Assembly (NCBI GenBank): GCA_043754515.1
Contig: JAYUUO010000262.1
Coordinates: 1 to 24,868 of the forward strand
Source of the DNA: Armatimonadota bacterium
Lineage (GTDB): Bacteria; Armatimonadota; Armatimonadia; Armatimonadales; Armatimonadaceae
Length of the DNA: 24,868 bases
Reading direction: 5' to 3'
Positions 1 through 7,982 of the stretch are shown here, in pieces; the first letter of the stretch is position 1, and the number at the start of each line of letters is the position of its first letter. Both the position numbers and the translations under genes were made by a program. The notes beneath the pieces were generated by a model, which did not search any database, had not been told where the DNA came from, and was given only the letters and a program-made list of their open reading frames with translations.

Positions 1-690
1 AGGGCGACCGATTAAAGTCCCCCACAAACCGCCGACGCCGTGTACGGCGAAGACGTCCAGCGTATCATCTGCCTTCACAATGCCTTTGATGCGCGTCGCC
101 ATGTACCCCAAGAGAGCGGCGACCGAGCCGATCAGGATCGCCGACAAAGGGCCGACATAGCCGGACGCGGGCGTGATCGCGACCAGTCCGATCACCGCGC
201 CGGACGCGAACCCGACCGCCGTCGGTTGCTTGAACGTGATCCACTCGATGAGTGCCCAGGTCAGGGCGGCGGTCGCCGCAGCGAGGTGCGTGACCATGAA
301 CGCGTTCACGGCGAGATCGTTCGAGGCGACCGCCGACCCGGCATTAAAGCCGAACCAGCCGAACCAGAGTAGAAACGCCTCGGTCAGCGTCATCGGCAAA
401 TTGTGCGGGCGCAGAAGCGGCCCTCCTGATGTGAGGACGCGCTTCCCGAGCAAAAGTGACAGCACGAGCGCGGAGACGCTGGAGCAGGTGTGTACCACTA
501 AGCCCCCGGCGAAATCGAGCGCGCCCGCTTTCGCGAGCAGACCGCCGTCCCCCCAGACCATGTGTGCGATGGGCGTGTAGACGAGAAGGCTTCAGAGCGC
601 AATGAACAGCACATAGACGGAGAACTTCATCCGCTCCGCCATCGCGCCCGAAATAAGTGCAGGGGTAATGATAGCGAACATCAACTGATA

Positions 691-716
691 AGCACTTGCG
701 TAGAAATGTGTTAGAC
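691..716 (+). repeat. IS630 left terminal inverted repeat
   Basis: AGCACTTGCGTAGAAATGTGTTAGAC matches the reverse complement of 1842-1867 (AGCACCTGTGCATATTTAAGTTAGAC) at 18/26 positions. Confidence 0.88.
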
Positions 717-726
717 TGGATGCACC

Positions 727-1852
727 ATGCCACGCATCAAAACCGTGACCGCCACGGACATACAAAAAGCGGCACTTATCAAGGGAATGAAATACGGTCG
801 TACGCCCTCCTACCAGATGCGCTGTCAAGCCATCCTGCTCAAATGCGAACAACGAACCTCGGTGGATGTCGCCAACGAACTCGGTTGCTGCGAGATGTCG
901 GTTAATTCGGTGAAACGAGTTTCACCTGTACTGGATGGTACGCTTCGCCGAGCAAGGGATCGAAGGGTTGGCGGTCGCCAAAGGGCGCGGCCGTAAACCG
1001 ATCCTGCGGCAGGACAGCGACCTGTCCGCTGTCAAGAAGGCGGTCCAGGATAATTGTCAGCGATTGCATTTGGCGAAAGAAGAGTTGCAAGGCGAGTTGA
1101 ACAAGGAGTTCAGCCTGCCGACGTTGAAGCGGTTCCTGAAAAAATGGTTGGCCGTGCCGTAGTGCGAAGCACTACGCACCCACAAGAGGCTGAAGCGGGT
1201 GGTGCGCGGCGAGCCGTCGCCGGAAGTGTTCGCCCTTCGCTGTGAATGTTTACGGGGCAGAGAAATCGATTGAGGCGATTTTCTTGAATGGGAGGCGTTG
1301 TGCGAACAAGGATACATAGACGTATTCTACGGGGACGCGAGCGGGGTCAGTCTGCGGCCGTGTATAGCGTCGGGGTGGCAACTCAAGGGGGAAGAAGTCA
1401 CCGTGTCCTGTAGGCACGGCGGGCAACTCAACTGTTTCGCCCTGCTGTCGCGTTCCGACGAGTGCTTCGTTCGCGCGATGGAGGCGACCATCACGGGGGA
1501 TTGGCTTGCCGAGCAACTCGGTGACTTCGCCGACGGATTGGGGCGATTAACCGTGGTCGCTTTGGACAACGCATCCGTGCACAAGAAGATGGTGCGCGAG
1601 CATGGCGAGGAATGAGAGCAGAAAGGTTTGTATATCGGCTTCCTGCCGCCTCGGTATTTTGACATGTACTCGCCGCACCTGAACATCATGGAGACACTGT
1701 GGAAGAAACTCAAGTACGAGTGGCTGTGGGCGAAGGATTACGCGGACAAGGGAACATTACATGGGGTGGTGAGCGCGATTTTGCAGGCCGTGGGGACGAC
1801 CTATCGGATCGCCTTTAGCCCGTTCAAGATGCCAGAAACAGGTCTAACTTAA
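727..1852 (+). pseudogene. IS630-family transposase, fragmented
   Basis: HTH region RCQAILLK...VANELGC...GRGRKP, then FYGDASG, VVALDNASVH and FLPP...YSPHLNIMETLWKKLK (IS630 DDE motifs). It is split across ORFs 727-996, 935-1162, 1298-1615 and 1628-1852 by short insertions and a TGA at 1613-1615. Confidence 0.92.
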
Positions 1853-1867
1853 ATATGCACAGGTGCT
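1842..1867 (-). repeat. IS630 right terminal inverted repeat
   Basis: Reverse complement pairs with 691-716. It overlaps the transposase stop (1850-1852) and is followed by TA. Confidence 0.88.
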
Positions 1868-2414
1868 TACATGACATAAAGTCGGGTCGGGATGATCAAC
1901 ACCTCGCCATTAAACACCGATTGGATCGCCGGTCCGGTGTTCTCTAAGAACGCGTTGCGCAGACTACCTAGTACGGGCGACCCGGCTGAGAAGACTCGGC
2001 TGTACTCCACGACTACCCACAGTAAACTGACTACGGGTACCGCGATGAGCGACATCATCATCACGTTCAGCACGTTCTTGCGCCGCACAAGCCCGCCGTA
2101 AAACAGCGCGAGCGCGGGGGTCATCGGGAGCACGAGCGCGGACGAGACGAGTATCCAGGCGGTGTCGGCGGAGCTGGGAACGAACCGCGTGGTTCCTCCG
2201 GCGGTCTACGCGGCGGCATCTCGGGCGGCGAAGAGCAACGTCAGCAGGAGAAGTGCTATGAAAGTGAGAGAACTAGGGGGAGCCGGTCGGGGGAATTGGG
2301 AGCGCATTCAGAGTCCTTCATGTGTGAAATTTCGCAGGCGGATCGGGCCAGAGGGCCGGGTAATCGCCGGGGCGCGTGAGCCACGCCCCGCGCGGGGATA
2401 TGAATTTCGCGTGA

Positions 2415-3263
2415 TCAGCCTCGGGCGCGGGGCGAGCCGATCTCGAACAGGGCGGCGAGTGCGTTCCGCCGCGTCTTTTCGGCGGGTGCCGTCTCGGTGC
2501 TCTCGCGCGGCACGGCATTCGCGACGCGGAGCGGCTCGCTCCACTCCCCGACCGCGCCGTTGACCGTCAGGGCGCGGACGCGGTACACCAACGGTGTACC
2601 ATCTTTGACCGGGTGATCGGGGGTACCGGCGAGTTGGAAGCGCAGGCTCATCTCCGCTCCGGGTTCGGTAGTCCCCAGGATAACGAAGTCTTTCCCATCA
2701 CTTGCGGTCGCGGTGCCCCGGTAAACGCTCGTGGTGCCGACGGCGGCGGCGACCTCGAAGCGTAGTGTCTCCGACCATGCCCCCTGCCATAGCCACTTCA
2801 GCACTGTGTGATCCTTATCGGCACTGACTTTCAGCGCGTAGGGCATGAGCGACGGCGCGCCGCCATCATCCCTGGCTTTGCTCTCCGATTTAGTGCCGCC
2901 GAATATGTCGCGCAGTCCGGCTTTGTACATGGGGCGGACCTGGGGGCGGGAGTCTACTTTTTCGATGATCGCCTGGGCGAGGGCACGCGCCTGCTCCGTC
3001 CCCAGCCGAGCCTCGACCGTGACGCGGGCGAGTAGCTGGTTGGCGACTTCGAGTGCCATCTCCGCATCGGCGACGGAGCGCGCGGCGGAGCGGCAACGTA
3101 CCATTAGCGTGGCGACCTCGCGCTCCGCGTCCTGCGTCGCCTTCAAGTCGGCGGGCTCTAACGCGAGTAGCGAATGAATCTCGCCGATCATTTCATTAAA
3201 GTACCGGAGTTTTTTATGGAATGAGTCGCTCGCCGCGACCTCATCCGCCAGAGTTCTGTCCAT
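2415..3263 (-). CDS. Hypothetical protein: N-terminal helical region plus fibronectin type III-like C-terminal domain
   Basis: 282-aa ORF with AAAGG upstream of the ATG. The pattern P..LKV...VLKW...YRVRALTVNGAVGEWSEP is typical of FN3 folds. Confidence 0.65.
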   Translation of the reverse strand: MDRTLADEVAASDSFHKKLRYFNEMIGEIHSLLALEPADLKATQDAEREVATLMVRCRSAARSVADAEMALEVANQLLARVTVEARLGTEQARALAQAIIEKVDSRPQVRPMYKAGLRDIFGGTKSESKARDDGGAPSLMPYALKVSADKDHTVLKWLWQGAWSETLRFEVAAAVGTTSVYRGTATASDGKDFVILGTTEPGAEMSLRFQLAGTPDHPVKDGTPLVYRVRALTVNGAVGEWSEPLRVANAVPRESTETAPAEKTRRNALAALFEIGSPRARG

Positions 3264-3592
3264 TGCGCACCTTTTCTAGGAGTGGTCGGCTCCATGAGCG
3301 TTTGTCATATATATTCCTGTTCATGTGTATCAGGCGGGAGCTACGAATCCGCGAACACGCAACTCCATTTTGTGCATCAGGGCGTCGCCGCGCGGTAGTT
3401 CCGAGCTATCGGACAGCCCCGCCTGATGAGCCCATCCTAACGGTTGGGGACACGGAATCGGGACCCCACGCGCTTCGTCCTCACTACGAGAACACGCCGC
3501 CTCTAGTGACATCACACGGCGTGATTCGGATATCGGAACCGTTACTACCGCCGCTAGTTCGGCGCATCAGAACCAATACCCTCGTTGGCCAT

Positions 3593-3598
3593 ATTATA
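3593..3598 (-). promoter_or_regulatory. Putative sigma70 -10 element (TATAAT) for the 2415-3263 gene
   Basis: Perfect TATAAT on the minus strand in an AT-rich patch. No clear -35 element. Confidence 0.4.
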
Positions 3599-3762
3599 TA
3601 CCATAGTCGTGCCACCTTGGAAGCATACGACTCAGATTGGTCTGTGGATTGGCGCACACCCCATGTCAGCAGCATCCGCGCCGGGATGACCGACTCTTAC
3701 CTTCGTCTAGGTTTCTCGCGAGTCAGTTTCCGGTTTCACGCGCTAGGGAATAGTGTTCGTAT

Positions 3763-3999
3763 ATGGCGAACTCACAACCTAACCCGATCCAGCTGGACTC
3801 CTCAATGCTCCGCGACGCGTCTTACGACGGCGAGCGGAACCTCTTGACACTTACGTTCACATCCGGCAACATGTACGGCTACACGGGTGTTCCCGAAAAT
3901 GTCGTTCGTGAACTACTTGCCGCGCCGAGCAAGGGACAGTACTTCAACGCGAACATCCGGGATGAGTATCCCTACTCGCGACTGAGCAAGGGGCAGTAG
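3763..3999 (+). CDS. KTSC domain protein
   Basis: 78 aa; SSMLRDASYD...LTLTFTSGNMYGYTGVP...LLAAPSKGQYFNANIR matches the KTSC consensus. Confidence 0.92.
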   Translation: MANSQPNPIQLDSSMLRDASYDGERNLLTLTFTSGNMYGYTGVPENVVRELLAAPSKGQYFNANIRDEYPYSRLSKGQ

Positions 4000-4045
4000 C
4001 GCGGAAGGGCGGTCAGAAGGCACCGGCGCGATACACTGTTACGTT

Positions 4046-5194
4046 ATGCGGTACATCGTACTTTTACTACTTCTCGCGTTCGTGGCACCAGTTGCGTCGG
4101 CACAAACTGTTCCAACACCCACGCGCTCCCCCGCCCCGCCGGGACCGCTTCGGATACAGACGCGGTTGATCCTGCCTTTCGTCCAGCGCGAGGCGGACGG
4201 CAAAATTACCGGCTTCTCAATTGATCTGTGGGATGCCATCGCGCGGAAGGCGAAGTTGCCTTCGTACCGCTACGAGGTGAGCGACAACATCGGCGATTTG
4301 CTCGCGCAGGTAGCCTCGGGCAAGGCACCTGTCGCGGTCGCCGCGACCTCCATAACAGCGGAGCGAGACGCCCGTTTCGACTTCTCCCAGCCGTTCTTCA
4401 ACGCGGGCTTGCAGATCCTGGTGCGTGACGAAAGCGGGGGCGATTCCGGGGGCGGGGGCGGCGACGCGAACGGTGCCCTATCACCCACCGTCATCCTCCA
4501 CAACCTGCTGACCCCCGCGGTGGGGAAACTATTCGGCTGGCTGATGCTACTCGCGGTGGTGGTAGCACACGTCATCTGGCTCCTGGAACGTAACCACCCG
4601 GAGGGTTTACCCGAGACGCGCAAGTATTTTCCCGGCATATTCAAGGCGACTTGGTGGGCGGCGGCGACGCTCGGGGCGCAGGCGGACGAGATGCCGAAAA
4701 CCTATGCCGCGCGGATTATCGCGGTGTTGCTCATGTTCACGTCCGCCCTTTCCGTCGCCTACTTCACCGCCGCCGTCACCGCGCAGATAACGGTGCAACA
4801 ACTCAGCGGCGCGATTCACGGACCCGATGATCTACCCGGTAAGCAGATCGCGACCACTGCTGGGAGCACGGCGGAAGCCTATCTAAGGGCGCACGGCGCG
4901 ACGGTGGTTGCCTTCGACACGGTCGGTAAGGCGTACGACGCGTTGCAAAACAACAAGGCGCAAGCCGTGGTTTATGACGCGCCTGTACTACTCTACTACG
5001 CGGCGCACGAGGGGAAGGGCAAGTCCCGGCTCGTTGGGCCGGTTTTCAAGAAAGAGGACTATGGGATCGTTTTCGCGCCCAACAGCCCCTTGCGCAAACG
5101 GGTCAATGTCGCGCTCCTTCAACTCAAAGAGGACGGAACCTACGACGCCATCTACGCCCGCTGGTTCGGGGACACGAACGGTGGCGGCAAGTGA
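4046..5194 (+). CDS. GluR0-like prokaryotic ligand-gated ion channel (SBP family 3 domain split by an M1-P-M2 pore)
   Basis: Signal peptide; S1 lobe GFSIDLW...ITAERDARFDFSQPF; TM1 ...VIWLLER; pore helix WWAAATL; TM2 AYFTAAVTA; S2 lobe GPDDLPGK...GSTAE...YDAP...YGI...DGTYDAIYARWFG. Confidence 0.88.
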   Translation: MRYIVLLLLLAFVAPVASAQTVPTPTRSPAPPGPLRIQTRLILPFVQREADGKITGFSIDLWDAIARKAKLPSYRYEVSDNIGDLLAQVASGKAPVAVAATSITAERDARFDFSQPFFNAGLQILVRDESGGDSGGGGGDANGALSPTVILHNLLTPAVGKLFGWLMLLAVVVAHVIWLLERNHPEGLPETRKYFPGIFKATWWAAATLGAQADEMPKTYAARIIAVLLMFTSALSVAYFTAAVTAQITVQQLSGAIHGPDDLPGKQIATTAGSTAEAYLRAHGATVVAFDTVGKAYDALQNNKAQAVVYDAPVLLYYAAHEGKGKSRLVGPVFKKEDYGIVFAPNSPLRKRVNVALLQLKEDGTYDAIYARWFGDTNGGGK

Positions 5195-5269
5195 GAAGGC
5201 GCGAACTGTTCGCCAGGAAGGGAGCCACGTGGAAGCCCCCGCCCCTCCGCTAGTCGTACGGCTCGCGGC

Positions 5270-6394
5270 TCAGTTCACCATGACACGCGCCCGCGCCGCG
5301 CCCGTCCCGCCGTTCATCGCCGAGCCGACCGTGGTCAAGAACGCAGACATGTTCAGCACCTGACCCGGCGTGAGGTCGGTGCCGACACGCCACGTCCCGC
5401 CGAACGACTGTTGCTCGCCCGGTTTGAGCGTCATCTGGCGTACCATCTGCGCGAACATCATGCCGTCGCTTAGACGCCAGACCGGGGTGAACCGTGCGTC
5501 CGGGGTGCGCGTCGCCCGCGTCGCCGTCACGTCGAAAGTTTGGCCCGAGCCGAATGTTAGCGTGACCGGCTCCCGACTCGTGTTGGTGACCAGATAGACG
5601 AACTTTACCTCATCGCCAGGCTTCGCGACCGTTTTACTCAGTGTCAACGTTCCGGCCACGGGAGCGGACGGCGTGGTCACATCGCGGTTGCCACCCCCTA
5701 TGAGGTAAGCACCGTTCCTCACGCCGCTCGCGTCGCCGGGGTTGGGAGGAGTGACAGGGTTAGGCCCCGTCGCGGGGTCCGGCGTCACGATGTTCTCGTC
5801 CGCTCCGTTGCCATTACCCGCGCCTGGACGGGGGCGGGAGACGGCGCGGTCACTCAGAAAAATAGGGGCGGAGATCGGTAGCAACTCGATCACCTTGACA
5901 TCAACGCGGTACGCGCCCATCGGCACAATGTTGCCCGCGGCGTCGCGCTGATCCCAAATCTCGATCCACTGCGCGGTGCCGCCCGCCGCCAGTTGAAGCG
6001 TGGCCCCACGCGACTGCGCCCGATCCCGACGCCAGACGATTCGGTTGGTCCGCGTGTCGGTAACCGTGATCACGTACTCGCCGTAGCGCGGCAACTGGTA
6101 AGACGTACTACCGCTCGCGATGTTGGTCAGCGTCACGCGTAGCCGGACGCCGGTACCGGGGCGGTAGCTCGCCCGGTCGGTGTAGAGCCAGGCTTCCATC
6201 TTCCGGTTGTCGTTACGCCAGTAGAAGGACTGGCCCGGATCGCCGTCGCCGGGGGTCGCACTCCCACCATTCACCACCGTCACATTATTGTTGATTATCG
6301 TTTGCGCATGCGCCGTCGCCGCTACGAGTGACAACGCCACGGCCACTGTAACCATCGCGAACACCGTCCCGCCCAAAAATGCCCGCTTTGTCAT
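5270..6394 (-). CDS. Secreted protein with two BsuPI-like (intracellular proteinase inhibitor-like, Ig-fold) domains
   Basis: Probable ATG at 6394 overlaps the mazG stop (ATGA). Signal peptide ends AHA-Q. Domains are TDRASYRPG...LTNI...VWR...WDQRDAAGNIVPMGAY and VTNTSREPVTLTFGSGQTFD...VWRLSDGMMFAQMV...LKPGE, joined by a Pro/Gly linker. Confidence 0.75.
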   Translation of the reverse strand: MTKRAFLGGTVFAMVTVAVALSLVAATAHAQTIINNNVTVVNGGSATPGDGDPGQSFYWRNDNRKMEAWLYTDRASYRPGTGVRLRVTLTNIASGSTSYQLPRYGEYVITVTDTRTNRIVWRRDRAQSRGATLQLAAGGTAQWIEIWDQRDAAGNIVPMGAYRVDVKVIELLPISAPIFLSDRAVSRPRPGAGNGNGADENIVTPDPATGPNPVTPPNPGDASGVRNGAYLIGGGNRDVTTPSAPVAGTLTLSKTVAKPGDEVKFVYLVTNTSREPVTLTFGSGQTFDVTATRATRTPDARFTPVWRLSDGMMFAQMVRQMTLKPGEQQSFGGTWRVGTDLTPGQVLNMSAFLTTVGSAMNGGTGAARARVMVN

Positions 6395-7926
6395 GATTTC
6401 TTCTCGCTTTCTTTCGCCTCGTTCCACCACACCAGCCACTCGCCCGCCGTTAGCGTGGTCAACTCCCGCGCCGCGCCGCTAGCCCGTCGCTCGATATAAC
6501 GGAATCGCCCCCCGAATCGTGTTATCTGCCGCCGCAGGGCGTCCTCCGGGTCAACGCCCGCGCGCCGCGCCACGTTCACCACGGTGAAGAGCAGGTCGCC
6601 GATTTCGTCCTCGACGCGCCGCGCGTCCGGTGTCGGCGCGGACAATTCGGCGATTAGTTCGGACAACTCCTCACGCACCTTGTCCAGAACCGCGTCGGTG
6701 TCGCGCCACTCGAATCCGACTTTTACCGCTCGTTTGCTAGTTTCGAGTGCCATCGAGAGCGCGGGGAGCGAGCGCGGCACGCCGTCCAACACCGACACCG
6801 GCGCGTTCCGCGTCCCCTTCTCCCGCGCCTTGATCGCGTTCCAGTTTGCCAGTACCGTTTCGGCGTCGTCCGCCACCACGTCCCCGAATATATGTGGGTG
6901 TCTGCGGATCAGCTTCTCCACGATGGCGGCGCAGACGTCGCCCTGATCGAACGTCCCCGCCTCTTTCGCGACCTGTGCGTGGAACACCACTTGTAAGAGT
7001 AGGTCGCCTAGCTCGTCACACAGGTCATCGGGCGAGCCGGAGCCGTCCGAGAGCGCGTCTATCGCCTCCGCGACCTCGTACGCCTCCTCAATAACGTATT
7101 TCCGCAACGTTCCGTGACTTTGTTTCAAGTCCCACGCACAACCATTTTTCTTATTCCGGAGTCGGGCCATTACCCGCGCCAGATCGTCGTAGTCCGGCTT
7201 GCGCGACGCGTCCGGTAGCGGCGCGACGTACACGCTGGTGAGGTGGCTATGCACCTCGGCTTCGGCGCGGTCCAGCGCGTAGAGCGGCACCACCCGCACC
7301 ACCTCCTGACCCGTGATCCCCGCCGCGTGAATCACGGTCACGGAGAACTCGTCGGGGTAGCCCGCATTCATCAGTGCGAGTTTCGTTTCCGATGCCACCG
7401 GGCGCGAATGTACCTGATATAAAAGCAAGGGGCCTCCGACGCGCAGTTCGGGTGGGGCGATAGGTGCATCGGCGCGGAGGGTGAGCGCGTCCACGATATG
7501 CAGATCCGCGTCCACCGTCAGACGCAATGTTTCCAAACAGGCGTCCACGAACGACGGCGCGGAAAGCACCCGTACCGCCATCCCCCGCGCCCGTGTCGCC
7601 TCCAGCAAGATCGCGACCGCGGTCTCCCCGAAAAGCGGATGACCAGGGACAGCGTAGATTACGTCGCCCGCGACCGCCGCATGCATAACCCGCGCCGCGA
7701 TAGCGGCGTAAGTCTCGTGGAACGACGCGCCCCGCTCGTACTCATCGTCCAGCGCGGTCACCGTGCCGGGGGGCAACGCGTCCAAAATGTCTCGCACGAC
7801 ACCCGCGCCAAGCGTCGGATGCCGCGCCGTGCGCAGAAGGATGGGGGTGCCGGAGCGGAGCGCGTCGAGATTGCGGGCGGGGAGAGCAGACGGGTCGCCG
7901 GGGCCGAGTCCGAGGATGGTTAGCAT
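6391..7926 (-). CDS. mazG: YabN-like tetrapyrrole methylase / MazG nucleoside triphosphate pyrophosphohydrolase fusion
   Basis: N-terminal ILGLGPGD...LRTARHP...YAVPGHP; MazG motifs GCAWDLKQSH, IEEAYE, DELGDLLLQVVFHAQ, KLIRRHPHIFG and EDEIGDLLF. Confidence 0.95.
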   Translation of the reverse strand: MLTILGLGPGDPSALPARNLDALRSGTPILLRTARHPTLGAGVVRDILDALPPGTVTALDDEYERGASFHETYAAIAARVMHAAVAGDVIYAVPGHPLFGETAVAILLEATRARGMAVRVLSAPSFVDACLETLRLTVDADLHIVDALTLRADAPIAPPELRVGGPLLLYQVHSRPVASETKLALMNAGYPDEFSVTVIHAAGITGQEVVRVVPLYALDRAEAEVHSHLTSVYVAPLPDASRKPDYDDLARVMARLRNKKNGCAWDLKQSHGTLRKYVIEEAYEVAEAIDALSDGSGSPDDLCDELGDLLLQVVFHAQVAKEAGTFDQGDVCAAIVEKLIRRHPHIFGDVVADDAETVLANWNAIKAREKGTRNAPVSVLDGVPRSLPALSMALETSKRAVKVGFEWRDTDAVLDKVREELSELIAELSAPTPDARRVEDEIGDLLFTVVNVARRAGVDPEDALRRQITRFGGRFRYIERRASGAARELTTLTAGEWLVWWNEAKESEKKS

Positions 7927-7982
7927 GACGTGCTATGGTACCCTACCCCCTACCCCGCCGCTGTCGGTATAATGGAAAAATC

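Larger units (their letters stand above)
691..1867 (+). mobile_element. IS630-family insertion sequence (1177 bp) with TA target duplication
   Basis: TA at 689-690 and 1868-1869 flanks imperfect 26-bp terminal inverted repeats and a DDE transposase remnant. Excision restores the amtB frame. Confidence 0.93.
1..2307 (-). pseudogene. amtB: Ammonium transporter (AmtB) pseudogene, interrupted by IS630; runs off the left window edge
   Basis: Minus-strand translation from ATG 2307 (GAAGGA upstream) gives a signal peptide, then DTAWILVSSALVLPMTPALALFYGGLVRRKNVL, YQLMFAIITPALISGAMAER, LDFAGGLVVH, LLWFGWFGFNAGS, GLVAITPASG and DDTLDVFAVHG. In-frame stops occur at 2206-2208 (TAG) and 592-594 (TGA at an expected Trp). 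Removing 691-1869 restores ...LYVM-YQLMF in frame. Confidence 0.95.

Noticed and set aside
3423..3455. CTGATGAG followed by a CCCA/TGGG stem, hammerhead-like
   Set aside because: The required GAAA core is absent (GACAC), and no convincing stems I/III or cleavage triplet were found.
3599..3616. Minus-strand TGGCAC as a sigma54 -24 element (also TGGCA/TTGC near 8887)
   Set aside because: No GC at the required -12 spacing in either case.
3221..3847. 208-aa plus-strand ORF spanning the intergenic region
   Set aside because: It overlaps two better-supported genes, has atypical composition and shows no recognisable motif.
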